Shown here: positions 49,222 to 63,200 of the stretch, one piece after another
Layout of the letters: each line of letters opens with the position of its first letter
Position numbering within the stretch: position 1 is the first letter of the stretch
NCBI RefSeq assembly: GCF_009914755.1
Contig: NC_060936.1
Origin: the human T2T-CHM13v2.0 reference genome, Homo sapiens
Direction: 5' to 3' (one strand)
DNA: 64,000 nt
Translations under genes and position numbers: made by a program
Notes under the pieces: model-generated
The model's database searches: none
What the model was told of the DNA's origin: nothing
The model's input: the letters and a program-made list of their open reading frames with translations, nothing else

Positions 49222-51532
49222 TGTATTAGTCTGCTCATACACTGCTAATGAAGACATTCCTGAGACTGGCTAATTTATAAAAGAAAGAGGTTTAATTGAC
49301 TCACAATTCAGCATGGCTGGAGAGGCTTCAGGAAACTTACAGTCATGATGGAAGAGGAAGCAAACACGTCCTTCTTCACATGGTGGCAGCAAGAAGAAGT
49401 GCAGAATGAAGACGGGGAAAGTCCTTTATAAAACCATCAGATCTCATGAGAACTCACTCAATCTCACCAGAACAGAAAGGAGGTAAATGTCCCCATGATT
49501 CAATTACCTCCCACCGGGTCCCTCCCATGACATATGAGGATTACAGGAACTAAAATTCAAGATGAGATTTGGACACAAAGCCAAACTACATCATTCTGCC
49601 CCTGGCCCCTCCCAAATCTCATGTCCTCACATTTCCAAACACAACATGCCTTCCCAACAGTTCCCCAAAGTCTTAACTCATTCTAGCATTAACTCAAAAG
49701 TCCATAGCTCAAAGTCTCATCAGAGACAAGTCAACTCCCTTCTGCATGAACCTGCAAAATCAAAAGCAAGTTAGTTACTTCCTAGACACAATGCAGGTAC
49801 AGGCCTTGGGCAAATACAACCTTTCCAAAAGGGAGAAATTGGCCAAAACAAAGGGGCCACAGGCCCCATGCAAGTCCAGTATTCAATAGGGCAGTAATTC
49901 AACCCTGAAGTTCCAAATGTGCCCATCCCAGGCACATTTATATAAGAAATGGGCTCCCATGGCCTTGGGCAGCTCCACCCTTGTGGCTTGGCAGGGTACA
50001 GCCCCCTCCTGGCTGTTTTCACAGGCTGGCATTGAGTGTCTATGGCTTTTCCAGGTGCACAGTGCAACGTGTTTGTGGATCTACCATTCTGGGGTCTGGA
50101 GGACAATGGTCCTTTTCTCACAGCTCCACTAGGCAGTGTCCCAGTAGGGACTCTGTATGGGGGTTCCAACCTCACATTTCCCTTCTGCACTGCCCTAGCA
50201 GAGGTTCTCCATGAGGGATCTGCCCCTGCAGCAAACTTCTGCCTGGACATTCAGGCATTTCCATATATTGTCTGAAATCTAGGCAAAGGTTCCCTGACCT
50301 CAATTCTTGTCTTCTGTGTATCCACAGGACCAACATCACATGAAAGCTGCCAAGGCTTGAAGCTTGCACCCTCTGAAGCAATAGTCTGAGCTGTACCTTG
50401 GCTCACTTTAGTCATGGCTGGAGCAGTTGAGATGCAGTTCTGAGGCTGCACACAGCAGGGGGGCCCTGGACCTGGCCCAGAAAACCATTTTTCCCTCCTA
50501 GGCCTCTGGGCCTGTGAGAGGGGCTGGCCAGAATGTCCCTGACATGCCCCGAAGACATTTTCCCCAATGTCTTGGTGATTAACATTTGATTCCTCATTAC
50601 TTATGCAAATTTCTGCAGCTGGCTTGAATTTCTCCCCAGAAAATGACTTTTTCTTTTGTACCACATCATCAGTTTGGAAATCTTCCAAACTTTTATGCTC
50701 TGCTTCTTCTTGAATGCTTTGCCACTTAGAAATTTCTTCCACCAGATACCCTAAATCATCTCTCTCAAGTTCAAGAAGTTCCACAGATTTCAAGGGCAGA
50801 GGCAAAATGCCACCAATCTCTTTGCTAAAGTATAGCAAGAGTCACCTTTACTTCACTTTCCAAGAAGTTGCTTATCTTCATCTGAGACCACCTCAGCCTG
50901 GAATTCATTGTTCATATCACTATCAGCATTTTGGTTAAAGTCATTCAACAAGTCTCCAGGAAGTTCCAAACATTCCCACAGCTTCCTGTCTTTTGAGTTC
51001 TCCAAGTCTCTAGGAAGTTCTAAATTTTCCCACATTTTTTTCTGTCTTCTTCTGAGCCCTCCAAACTGTTCCAGCCTCTGCCTGTTACCCAATTCCAAAG
51101 TCAATTTCACGTTTTTGGTATCTTTATAGCAGCGCCCCACTACCCAGTACCAATTTACTGTATTAGTTCATTCTCACACTACTAATAATGACATACCTGA
51201 GACTGGGTAATTTATAAAAGAAAGAGGTTTAATTGACTCATAGTTCAGCATGGCTGGGGAGGCCTCAGGAGACTTACAATCATGGCAGAAGGGGAAGCAA
51301 ACACATCCTTCTTCACACGGCTACAGCAAGGAGAAGTGCAGAGTGAAGGTGGGGAAGCTCCTTATAAAACCATCAGATCTTGTGAGAACCCACTCACTAT
51401 CACGAGAACAACATGGAGGTAACTGTCCCTATGATTCATTTACCTCCCACTGGGTCCCTCCCATGACACAAAATTATGGGAACTAAATTTCAGGATGAGA
51501 TTTGGGTGGGAGCACAAAGCTAAACCATATCA
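49222..51532 (-). mobile_element. Full-length THE1C MaLR element (LTRs 49222-49593 and 51159-51532)
   Basis: Two LTRs reading tgtattagt...catca/tatca on the plus strand with gaagcaaacacgtccttcttcaca; THE1 internal between them. Confidence 0.93.
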
Positions 51533-51734
51533 CAGTTCAACTAAGATTACTCTCTTAAATGACTCCAGTGGCTATTTGCTATATTGGATGAATCCCAACC
51601 TTCATTTTTCTCCATGCTTGCTCAATTAAGTGTTCACTTTGATAATTCCATTTTATAGTTCAGTTCAAGTTATATCATGCTTTGCAATCTAGTTGATAGT
51701 TTGTGGACCTATCCATGGTACCACACATGTTTTT

Positions 51735-51840
51735 GAAAGGGAAGGCAGTGACTGTTCTTCTTTGTATGCCTAGAGCCTTGCACGGTGCTTAATACATGAG
51801 AGGCTTTCCATATATGTTTGCTGTATTAAATAAATGAGTT
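51735..51840 (+). mobile_element. L2 3' terminus
   Basis: tttgtatgcctagagccttgcacggtgcttaatacatgagaggc...taaataaatga. Confidence 0.55.
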
Positions 51841-53147
51841 TCTATACAAAGTTCAAGCAGTTATTGAAGAATAAATAATCAAAATACAATTTTGTCTTTT
51901 GCTCTAATGTGAGCTAAATGATTTAGATTTGGTGATTTAGAAACAGTATTTGAGTTGTGGGAGAGCAATTTCAATATACACTAGAATAGAAGATATTTCC
52001 ATATAAGAGACAAGGTTGGGAAATTTATCAGTAAATTTGAGACAGAGTTAAGATGGCACCTGTCTCATGGAAATAGGCAAAAATCAAAAAGGGCTGAAAG
52101 CCATGCTAGAAACAGGTGATAATGTATAAGGTCTTTTTGGATACTAGAAGGGAGTTTTTATAGGATTGTAGCTATTCTTAGGAAAAGAATGTTCATGCTG
52201 TTTATATATTACTGTTTAATGTTATATACTTTAGAACCACTGGCAATTTAAAAAAATTCTCACATAGCTCAGTTATGCTGAAGTTTAATAATGTTAAGAT
52301 TTTTCTCATTATTGGATCAGTTTTAAAGAGTGAATAGTGGCAATAATAATGAAAGTGAGAGAATCCTGCAGAGAGGTACCAGCCATGAGTTCGACAAAAT
52401 ACTGTTTGAATATTGTCTCCACAGAGCTTCCATCTTTTCAAACATTAGGAATTTCCTGTTTGATTACAAAGATCAGCAAGTGATACAAATGAATAAAATA
52501 AAATTTCCCTCAGCAGAGTTTATCTTAACTTATATAAATAACTCCTCATAGCTCTTACACCTTGATGTCTACCACCAGTCATCAACTATTTCAAAATTTC
52601 TGGGACCAATCTTGACTGTAGGAAGGGACATGTACATAATATCAGCCCAGTGCCTTGGGGCTCAACTTTAAGCCACCTTATGATTACTTGTCTTTACATG
52701 TGGCTGATAATTTTGATAACTTAGATTTTGCTTCTATTACTAAGACATAGCATTCATCTCAGCACCCAGTTTTGCAAGGGGTTAGAAAATCAAGGAAGTG
52801 CAAGGCTAGGCTCTGCATTCTAAGGGGAAATAGCAGAGTTGTTTCTAGGGCATAATTTGAGGGTCTAGTTGTAGACAAGTATTAGCTCAGAACAACATGT
52901 GAGAGCACAACATGGGGTCAACATAGTGGCCTACCCAGTCAACAAAGCATAAAGGTGAGAATCATAGTATTCATAAATGTAGGGGTTGGTTGGCAAAGTT
53001 TCAGACCATTTAGATCCTATCCTTGTTTCTAGACCTTGGAAACTTTTTAAAAAATGTCTTAATATCCCATTCTACCCCTGAGGCAGCACATAGCTGTGGA
53101 AGCCTTAACTTACTAAGAAGTGATAACTTCTTTAGATTATCCTAGGT

Positions 53148-53302
53148 TAATTCATCATTCAAAACATTTTTAATGTTTATTAAATGTGTTATATAATAAT
53201 AACTGATTGTCAGGCATTGTCCTGGGTTTTGTAATAGTAGCATTGAAGAGAAAAATGAAAACAAGCAAAAGCATCTATGCTCATGAAATTTACCGTCTGG
53301 TA
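53148..53302 (-). mobile_element. L2 3' terminus
   Basis: ttcatcattc...tgtcaggcattgtcctggg...ctcatgaaatttaccgtctgg. Confidence 0.55.
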
Positions 53303-53649
53303 GATCCCGTCTCTCAACAAACACATGCTTCCAGCCCTACCAGGAGGGCTTTGTGGTCCTAGCCTGAGGATGTCTCCACCTGGAGAAGCAGTGATTAAAC
53401 ACTTTCTGTGATCCTTGTCTTTTGATGTGTGTGTGGTAGGGGGCAAGGGATGAGGTAGTATAGCAGTGGGCAAGCATACTTGCTGTCCAAGCATCAATCA
53501 AGGAAATTCCAGGGTATCTTGATACAGTTACTGACTTTTTCTCACAAACACATTCCTATATGATGAGGAAAGAATAGGTTTCAAGAGGTACAAATGATGG
53601 TACCGCTCTAGAGCCCACTGCTGTATCACGTTATCATTGGTGTCACATT

Positions 53650-54110
53650 CCTTATTAGTTACAGTTCAGTTCAATAAGCAGAAACCACTCTATTTTAAGC
53701 AGGAACTGACATGATATTGGGAATTAGGTGCTTACAAAATAGTTGGAAGTTATTTTAAAAGTTTATTTCCTCTCTGAACCTCCAGGAACAATTCTAGAAC
53801 AATAGGTAATAACTGTAATTATGCCAGAAAAAAAGGACTACTGCTACTTCTAAAACAGCCACTGTTTAGCACACAGAAAACTGGATCATGCACACTAAAA
53901 CATTACTTGAGAAAATCCATGACCATAACCATGCTAAAGCAGACATAGCCCAAAAGAGGGCAAAAAGATGGCTTCCACCCTGTTTTGTCTTCCATGTTTC
54001 CCACAAGTGCATCTAGTTAACAGAATTAATTTGCAGACAGAACCCTAGCTGCAAGGGAGTCTAAGAAGGCAGAAAAGAGGTTAAATTAGCCAGTTCCTGA
54101 TATCTAGCAT
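53650..54110 (-). mobile_element. Ancient MLT1 (N/O/K-type) LTR
   Basis: gcagaaaccactcta...ttaagcagga; cagaaccctagctgcaagggagtct. Confidence 0.5.
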
Positions 54111-55585
54111 ACATTCTAACTTTCAAAGTGAACATTTTAACCTCCAAGGTGAATTGGTGAAAGTGCAGACCCTTGGTCCCTCACAACACTTAATGAATCT
54201 GATTCTGGGATATGAGAACCAGCATGTTAACAATCACCTCCTCACCCTAACTAATTCTCATGCCTGGGAACATTTAGAAAACATTGCTTAAGATTATCAA
54301 AGTGTGATCTAGGATACACTGTCATATAGGTATCCAGAAAATATTTTAAAAATGTAATTTAAAAAAATTAAAACTGGGCCACACTTATATCATTTAATTT
54401 TATAGACCTGATTCTACTCAGAATCAGAAAGTGAAATGCTTTTCACTTCAGGTAATTTTTCACTCTATAATGCCAAATAGGAGAACATCTCTCTCCTTAG
54501 TGTTGTGCTTTCTGTAGTTCTTCATGCAACTGGGACAAATTTTGGCAATTTGATGACTGCATTTTATTATAGGAGTATTTTAAATGTTCTCTCTGTGGGT
54601 ATTTCAAAGTAATGTCCAATTCAGACCTTGAAATTTATTCTTTTCTAATTTGCCAGTGGAAAACAGCATAGTATCATTCTAAAAAGAAGAGAAATTCCTC
54701 TTTTAGGAAAGCAGAAATACATGTTCTTTGTCTTAGTAAAGACTTTCATTGAACAAACGATTCCATGAGGCTTCTACAATTTATTGACTTAATAATAAAT
54801 ACATTTAATTGCTCAATTTAAAAATAAGTGGAAATTTGTAGCTTAAAAAAAATATCAAATCAACCTTGCATACTGCCTTAATCACAGTGCCTCAAAAGAA
54901 TGTTGGCTGAATTAACAAAAACCAAATTATGCTGATTTACTTTGCTAAGGTAATATATCTGTAGCTATTTCCTGAAGTGACAGTTTTTCGTGGAAATACT
55001 TGTGGTTTCTGAGATTTCCTGAAATGTGAATTTCAGTCATGTAATTAAGAGGTTGTTTTAGTCATGGTAAATAATATTGGCTGCTGTAACAAACAACCTA
55101 CAACCTTGTGAGCGGCTTACCGCAACAAGGGTTAATTTCTCACTTGTGTTGTGATTCAGTGGGATGTTTGGTAATCAGCCTCCCATATAGTGATTAGAAA
55201 TACAGTCCCCTTGTATCTAATGGCTCTCTCCACCATCTGCTAGAGCAGGGATCAGAAAATATTTTTTTGTAAAGGCTGGATAGTAAATATTTTAGGCCTG
55301 CCAGCCAATAGACAAAATCAAATATATTATCTAGGTACTTATGTAACAAGAGAGAAAACAAATTTTGGCAAGTATTATTTTGATGAAATTAAAAATATAA
55401 TAACAATGAAATTCTCTGTAATACAGGTGTACTAATGAGAAAAATTGAATAGTTCTTTTGGGGGATACACTTTGGCTTAATTGGGATTCAAAATTAGTTC
55501 CCTTGTCATCAAAATGATTGCAAATGTTCACTGGATAATGCTGATCTGTAAAAAATTTTATATATTTTATCTTTTGTATGTCTTT

Positions 55586-55865
<280 letters not shown>

Positions 55866-55948
55866 TAAATTCTGTTCAATATTGATATCAATCTGTGAGC
55901 ATACAAATTTAATTGACCATATTCATCTCTTAGAAAACATTTGCAGGA

Positions 55949-56271
55949 GGCCAGGCACGGTGGCTCACGCCTGTAATCCCAGCACTTTGGGAGGCCGAGG
56001 AGGGCAGATAACGAAGTCAGGAGATCGAGATCACCCTGGCTAACACGGTGAAACTCCGTCTCTACTAAAAAAATACAAAAAATTAGACAGGTGTGGTGGC
56101 ATGCGCCCGTAGTCCCAGCTACTCAGGAGGCTGAGGAAGGAGAATGGCGTGAACCCGGGAGGCGGAGCTTGCAGTGAGCCGAGATTGCGTCACTGCACTC
56201 CAGCCTGGGTGACAGAGCGAGACTCTGTCTCAAAATAAATAAATAAATAAATAAATAAAATAAAATAAAAA
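55949..56271 (+). mobile_element. AluY, full length, (TAAA)n tail
   Basis: ggagaatggcgtgaacccgggaggcggagcttgcag; TSD agaaaacatttgcag (55932 / 56272). Confidence 0.96.
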
Positions 56272-57598
56272 AGAAAACATTTGCAGAATTCTATTAGATT
56301 CTTCTCTTGTCTTGTAACATGTCATTGCATTGCAGGCTAATCACTTTTAATTGAAGATTAAGAGGAAGCTCCTCATTAGAACAGTTTTGAAATATGGAAG
56401 TAAGTATAGGTTTTTATAAATGGGAAATTCTTTTGCACTTGTCTTGAGGTCCAAAAACATTGCTGCAAATTTGTGTGGAAATGGAGATTTTTTTCTTCCT
56501 TTAAATTTACAGAACAGAAAGTGTGTAAAGCAGCTTGACATGACTTGTGAGTCAAGTTGTTATGAAAATAACTTTATAAAGTTTTACTTGTAAGTGCTAT
56601 TTTACCTCAAATTTTTAGGTTGGATTTCTTAAACATGATCAATTCTGTGGAAAAAGCTGTTTTCCAAAGCTATTTAGTGTTTGCTAATCACAGCTGAGTG
56701 AAATTTTCCTTGTCCAGAAAAATTTTAATTTTGACCAGAAGCTCAAAAAAACACAAAAAAATTTTACCACTGACAGGCCCTTGATCTCCTGTGGGGTAAA
56801 ACAAGTCAAGATATCTAGCTTCTATTCCTGACCAAAATTCATGGAATTGATGATAAGTAAGTCCATGAGAGCAAATGAAGTTCACTGTTGATGACTCTGG
56901 TTCAATAACACATGATAGAGTAAAATTTTTTCTGCAAAGTACCTGATGATGATCACAGCCTTTAAATACCTCATTTTTTCACTGCCTTTATGAATTTGTC
57001 CAGCTAAATCTTTTTCTGCTGTACACATATTTTTACCACTATCAGTTGAAACACATCTTAGCAGATCCCACTTCAGGGTGTACTGAATTAAAGTTTTCTC
57101 AACTTCTTTGAAAATAAGCTCACCTGTAGTTGTTCCACACAGATTATTCAGTAACTTCAAACTCAGCATTGAATAAACAATAACAATGAGCAGTACACAT
57201 AACATCTACTCATGAAGAACTAAGACAAACCACTTAAAATCATTTGCCTTATTTTTTTGTTGCCTATTGATATCGCTCTCATATCCTTAACTGTTTGAGC
57301 AACTTCTTTGCATCAAAAGGCTAATAGTTTTAGATTCATTTTCTCTGGGTACATTTCTTCTACTACTACAGTCAAATATGATTTAATTAACTCATCATCA
57401 GGTAACAGCTTTCTTTGCTTGGCTAACAAGCCACTTGGAAGCTTACTGAGGGTGCAGCCTCATTTTCATTTTTTACTTTTGTGACGAAATTTTACCATGA
57501 GATATTTTGTTTTTAATTTCCTAATTTTTCTGGACATTGCTTACCTATGAGTTGAGAATGTTGTGATGAAGGCTTAGTTTGGTAATACCCATGTGTGT

Positions 57599-58057
57599 TG
57601 TCTTACTGTCCTATTTTTGCTGTAACAAATGTAGGGAATTAACACAAATTTATTTTCTTATAATTCTGGAGTATAGAATACCCCAAAGGGGATATTACTG
57701 GGTTAAAACCAAAGCATTCCAGAGGATCTAAGGAATAATCTGTTTTGTTGTTTGTTTGTTTTGCTTTCCCAGATTCTATAGTGTTTCTGAACTCCTTGAC
57801 TTATAGGCTCCAGTCAGCAATCACATCTTTCCAATCTTTGCTTCCATTTTCCAGTTTTCTCTTCTGACTCTAACTCTCCTGCCTCCCTTTTATAAGGACC
57901 ACTGTAATTACATTGAGACCACTAGAAAAATGTTATCTCAAGATCCTTTACTTAATCACATCTGAAAACTCCCTTTTGGGATGTAAGGTAACATATTCAC
58001 AGATTTCACAGGTCTTGATTTGGATATCTTTGGGAGGCCATTATTTTGTCTACCACA
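57599..58057 (-). mobile_element. MLT1D-like solo LTR inside Cheshire
   Basis: gctgtaacaaat...ttataaggaccactgtaattacattg...cttaatcacatctg...ggaggccattattttgtctaccaca. Confidence 0.8.
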
Positions 58058-61000
58058 AGTATACTGTCATTTCATAAAAAACATAATGTTTTGCTACCTA
58101 ATTTGATAACAAAATAATCCACGTTACTCTACCTTACAAGTGTGCCATTGAAAGTCCTATTCTCTCTGCCTTTCTTCGTTTTTTTTTTTTTTTTCCCTGA
58201 TGGACACGCACTCATAGAAAAAAATACTTATGTGTAAAATGCCATGGTACAATAATATACATGGCTCAAATGCTGTCAAATTATAATAACATCATTGCAG
58301 TGTGTAGTGTATTGAGTCAGAATGTTACAGCAATGAGATTGTCACATATGCTGTCTATTGCACCAATTCAACTCTGCCATTGCAGTATAAAAGTAGACAT
58401 AGACAATATGAATGAATGTGAACATGAATGTTTTTAATAAAACTTTATTTGTGACATTGAAATTTAAATTTTATGTAGTTTTACATGTCATAAAATATTA
58501 TTCCAATATAATTTATTAAAAAATGCAAAACCATTTTATTTGTGGACTACACAAAGATAGTCAGTGAGCCAGATATGTGCTGTAGTATTCTAACCTTTCT
58601 AGGACTCTCAGAGTCCTCCATTGCAGAAGGCTTTGCACGCTATACCTAGAATTAGGATACACTTCTGACCACACTCCCTTAACTGGAATCTAATCACTTG
58701 ACCATATCTAATTGCAAGAGAGGCTGGAAAATATAGTTTTTCTGTGTGTCCAAGAAAAGGGAACATGGATATTGGTGAACACTAGCATTTCCACCATAAT
58801 CTACTCCTCCTGGTAACCAAATTTTCAGTTTCTTCTTTTTTTCCCACACATAGATTACACTCATTTTCAAAATCTTGCTCAAAGTCTTGGGCCTCAATAT
58901 GTCCTCTACATCATCATATCACACATAGTTCCGCATAGTCCTATGACTTGTAAACTTAGTATCTGTCCCTGATATCCACCATATCAAACAGTCCCATTTG
59001 GTAAGGATGAAAAAAAGAGACACAGCAGTTACTGTTTAAGGGTAATTCAAACACTGTGAAGGCTGTCAGTCCTGAGAGCAGAGGAAGATCCTTGATTCTT
59101 CCTTGGATCTGCTCTCTGTAAGGAACTCCTTTACACATTATTTTCTATGGCCCCCCGACTCTACTCTCTGGGAGGGACCTCCTTATCATGTCTTACTTGG
59201 CATATCTGAAGTGATTGAAGACTTCCTTAGGGCTGCGGAGCTTTGCCAGTGCACTGCCCACCTAAAGGTTTTTAAAATGTTCTTTAGTTACAAGTTCCTT
59301 TAGACTACCCTCCTGGTTTTATCTGCCATGCAATTTCCACAACGTTTGAGATTTGTTTGCTTGCAATCAATACCATGTGCCTGTAACCACATCCAAGTTG
59401 CTTTCCAGACATTGGTCTCTAATCAGCTTGATTTTATTGCTTAATTTCCCTATTTTTCTTTTTCTTAATTTAAGGTGGCTAAAACACCTGAAATGATTTT
59501 AAGGTGGCTAAAACTGGTGATTGATGTGGTATTTGATGCTAGGTTTAGTCACTTTAACCCACAGATGTTTTTTGATTACCCAAAGTCTCTCCCAATCACA
59601 TCACTTACTGTTTGGGATCCAGAAGCTGTAGTCATAGACGTTTCCAACCTGTTCATGGCCCAAATTTTTAGACTTTTTCAGGTTTGTCTCATTTCTGCTT
59701 GCAACATGGACAACTCTTTCCTGAGCTCATCTCTTTCTTCTAACACCCTGACAAATGCAGACAACACTAGCTAGCATATACTACTACCATTGTTTTCCAA
59801 CCTCTTCCCCTAGAGGTATAATTCAGTAGGCACATGACCTGCCTACCAAATTATTGTTGGCAACACATTTTTTTTGCAAATGTATTTTCCATAGAAGAAC
59901 ACTTTTTTTGATTTTCAGCCTGCTGACCACCTTCCTACTTAGAAGCCAGAATCTCCAACATCAATTAGAAAATCTAGGTACAGACTAAGTGCTGTAGCAA
60001 ACAACACTAAAATCTCAGTAGCTTAACACAATTACATTTCACTTCTCATTCGTGCCTTAGTCCATTTTGATGTTCATTGAGAAGCTTGCTATGCAATGAT
60101 TCAGAATCTAGTCTTTGAGAGGGGACTTTAAAAAGTAATTTAAGGTTCCAAATCTACAGATTCTGGGAATATACTATAGGGAATAAAATAGGAATTTAGG
60201 TATTAGAAGACCATTAGAGCAACTTAGGAAACAGTAAACCAAATATTAGAACCAGATGAAGAGCAAGAATCACTAGAAGCCCAGTCCCAGAGAACTGGGT
60301 TAAAGCTCTTAAAGTGTCTCCTGGGGTTCTCCCATGACTAGGATTGATCAAGAAAGCCCAATCAGCAGGTACACATATATTGGCCTCTGCTGTAGGAGCC
60401 GGAGAAAGGCAGAAAAAGGACACCAGGCAGATGTTATACCCTTCCTCCTAAGGGCACCCAGCATGGCATATGAAATAACTAGGACCTAGGGAGAGCTCCT
60501 ACTTTCACAGTGGGAGTTGTCACTATTTCTTTATATTGACCATCACTTTCATTGTAATTTTGGGAATTGGTTTAAAGCTCAGGAATAACTTTTCAACTTC
60601 TTTTGTTTTGTTTTGGACCCCACAAATTTATTTATATCAGGGTTTGTTGTGTATTCCATTTTATGATTAACCTTCGTTGGATTTATTTATTTTCCAGTTA
60701 AAGCCACTAGTCTCAATAACTAAATAAATATAACTAACTAAATAAAAGAATGTAATTCCTTAGATAATTTTATATGTTAGACATTATTAATAAAATACAC
60801 TATGTGTTAGGATATATATACATTTTTTAGAAAATGAAGTTCACCAAGACTAAGTTAGTAAGTGGGAGAGCAGGGGTGTAAAGATGTTTAAAAACACATT
60901 CCTTGTTTCTAAAAACTTTCAAATGTTTCAGAATGTTTTGGGAAATTTTGGATAACTAATATTGATATCCCTCCAATAATCCAAAGACACAGATATTTTT

Positions 61001-61140
61001 GGTGGCTCAGACTAAAAAAAATGCCTGTAAACTCTGGCATATTCTTGAGTTGAAGTAAAGGCTTGGGATCCTATACTGAACCAGCCAGATGGAGCATGGA
61101 CCACTTCAGGGGGCAGTGAATAAGAGTGGCCCTAAGTAGG

Positions 61141-62391
61141 TGTATTAGTCCACTTTCTCACTGCTATGAAAAAATACCTAAGACTGGGTAATTTCTAAAG
61201 AAAAAAGCTTTAATTGGCTCATAGTTCCACATACTGTACAGGAAGCATGATGCTGGCATCTGCTGGGCTTCTAGGGAGGCCTCAGGAAACTTACAATCGT
61301 GGTGGAAGGCAAAGGGGAAGCAAGCACTTCACATGGCTGGAGCAGGAGTAAGAGAGAGAGTGAGAGGGTGCTACACACTTTTAAACAACCAGATCTCACG
61401 AGCACTCACTCGCTATCGCGAGAATAGCACCAAGGGGGTGGTGTTAAACCATTCATGAGAAACTGCTCCCATGATCCAATTGAAAGAAGGAAAGTTCCCT
61501 TATCCCTCTCACAGGGTGCGTGATGGGGGTGTGGCTTGCTTCTTTGGTGCCCCGCTGCTCAAACCTCTGGGAGCATGCAGACGGTCAGGTTGTGAGGCTT
61601 CGATCCTACAGCAGTGTCTACGGGTGAGTGTTTACGGCTGAAACTTCAGTCGGCATGTGTTACAATGTGCTCTTTCAGTTCAGCCGTCCATAGGCAGCTT
61701 GTGTTTATCAGCTCAATTGGCCCCCCTGCCTTATCATAAGGACAGAGGGCTTTCTGTATCCTAGGTTCTTGCCTCGGTGTGCCTGAAAAATAGGGTCACA
61801 CATGGGCTTGGAGGATGGATGCAAGGTTTTTTACTGAGTGGTGGTAGCTCTCAGCAGATGCAGGAGCCAGAAAGGGGGTGGAGTGGGAAGGTGGTTTTCC
61901 CCTGGAGTTGGGCTGACCAGTGGCCAGGTTCTCCTCCAACTACCCTGGCCAAAATCAATGCCGTTCCACCAGCTGGCCTGCCAGCATCTGCTGGTGTCTG
62001 CCAGTGTGTTCTTCTGCCGGTGTGCCCCTCTCATTGTCCTCCTGACGTCCAGCTGCTTGTGTGTTCTTCCACTGGTGTGTGCCTCTTGATGTCCAGCTGC
62101 TTGTGGACATGCCCGCTAGGGTCTCAGGGTTTTTATAGGCACAGGATGGGGGCATGGTGGGCCAGGGTGGTCTTGGAAAATTCAACATTTGGGCACAAAA
62201 ACAGAAATGACTGTCCTCACCTAGGTCAGTGGGCACAGGTCCGCCGGTGGAGCCCTAGACAGGGACCTGCCCTTCTCTACACAGCACTTCCTTGTCCCCC
62301 TTCACAATCACCTCCTACCAGGGCCTGCCTCCAACCATTAGATTACAACTGAACATGAGGGTGAGTAGGGACACAGATACAAACCATATCA
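61141..62391 (-). mobile_element. MSTA solo LTR split by an LTR1-type LTR
   Basis: tgtattagtcc...ggaagcatgatgctggcatctgct...atgatccaat | cacctcctacc...aaaccatatca; near-TSD gtagg/atagg. Confidence 0.9.
61481..62304 (-). mobile_element. LTR1-family (HUERS-P2-associated ERV1) solo LTR, 824 bp
   Basis: TG...CA termini with perfect 4-bp TSD CAAT; minus strand gaagtgctgtgtagagaagggc...cctataaaaaccctgagaccctagc...cagctggacgtc. Confidence 0.8.
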
Positions 62392-63039
62392 ATAGGCAAT
62401 ATTATTTAGCACTTGTCATAAAGATATCTGTATCTATACTAACATAGATTGATATCTGTCTATATGCTTCTCTGTCGATCTCTCTACATATCCTTTTGCT
62501 CCAAATGAAGATGAATTCTGATGCTACTTTTAGAGATCTCACAAAGTCTAAATCTATTCCTCTCTTACAGTTTTGGTGGTTAGAAAAGAAATCAGGTTGC
62601 TTTTACAATTTTCCCCAAACTTTTCTGAACTGATGCCTCATATTTCTCTGCAGGGTTTGAGCTAAAGAAGCTTTCATGAGACAGCCCTCTGATATGGCTA
62701 TAGTGAATTCAGAGATGCTAGGACAAGACTGGATTTCCTAGATCCCTAATGAGCTAGATTTTCTGGCTGCCTCTAGGTTCAGAAGGAAAGAGTTGTGTGC
62801 TTGAATAATGATCCATATAATGGGCTCAAGAGGAGAAATGTAGAATGTGTAGTATATATCTTTGCTATTAGGGATATGACTGACTCATTTTGGGGACCTG
62901 AATAAATGAATATATCTTGGGAAGAAAATTCAGCAAGCTAATTGTTAGCAAACTTGTGGCTTTTAGTTAGCTGTTAGTGGCTTTTTGTAAAGGGATTAGG
63001 GTGAGGTCCTCCTACCAGCCTCTTTGGCACTGAGAATAA

Positions 63040-63200
63040 GTATTAATAATAATAGGTAACATTTAAAAGTACTTATGCTAAGCACTGTACTAGGTACTCA
63101 TGAATAATCTTATTAAAACTTCGCAAAAGCCCTATGAAGTAGGTAATATTGTTAATTCCATTTTATAGGTGAGCATACTTAGGCTTTCAGGCTTATAAAA
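63040..63200 (-). mobile_element. MIR
   Basis: ataataataggtaacatttaaaagtactta...ccctatgaagtaggtaatatt...ccattttataggtgagcatact. Confidence 0.7.

Noticed and set aside
50950-51063. ~55-bp tandem duplication in THE1 internal
   Set aside because: I recall this as a feature of THE1C-int copies generally, so probably not locus-specific
49771-51140. 159-aa and 195-aa ORFs on the minus strand
   Set aside because: Remnants of the THE1 internal MaLR ORF, broken by stops and frameshifts
56347-57560. Possible domesticated transposase gene (GTF2IRD2/EPM2AIP1-like)
   Set aside because: Multiple frameshifts and stops, interrupted by Alu and MLT1 insertions, TIRs retained: a fossil transposon
61777-62352. 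191-aa ORF and p53-like ggacatgccc site
   Set aside because: ORF is antisense read-through of a GC-rich LTR1-type LTR; only one p53 half-site is present
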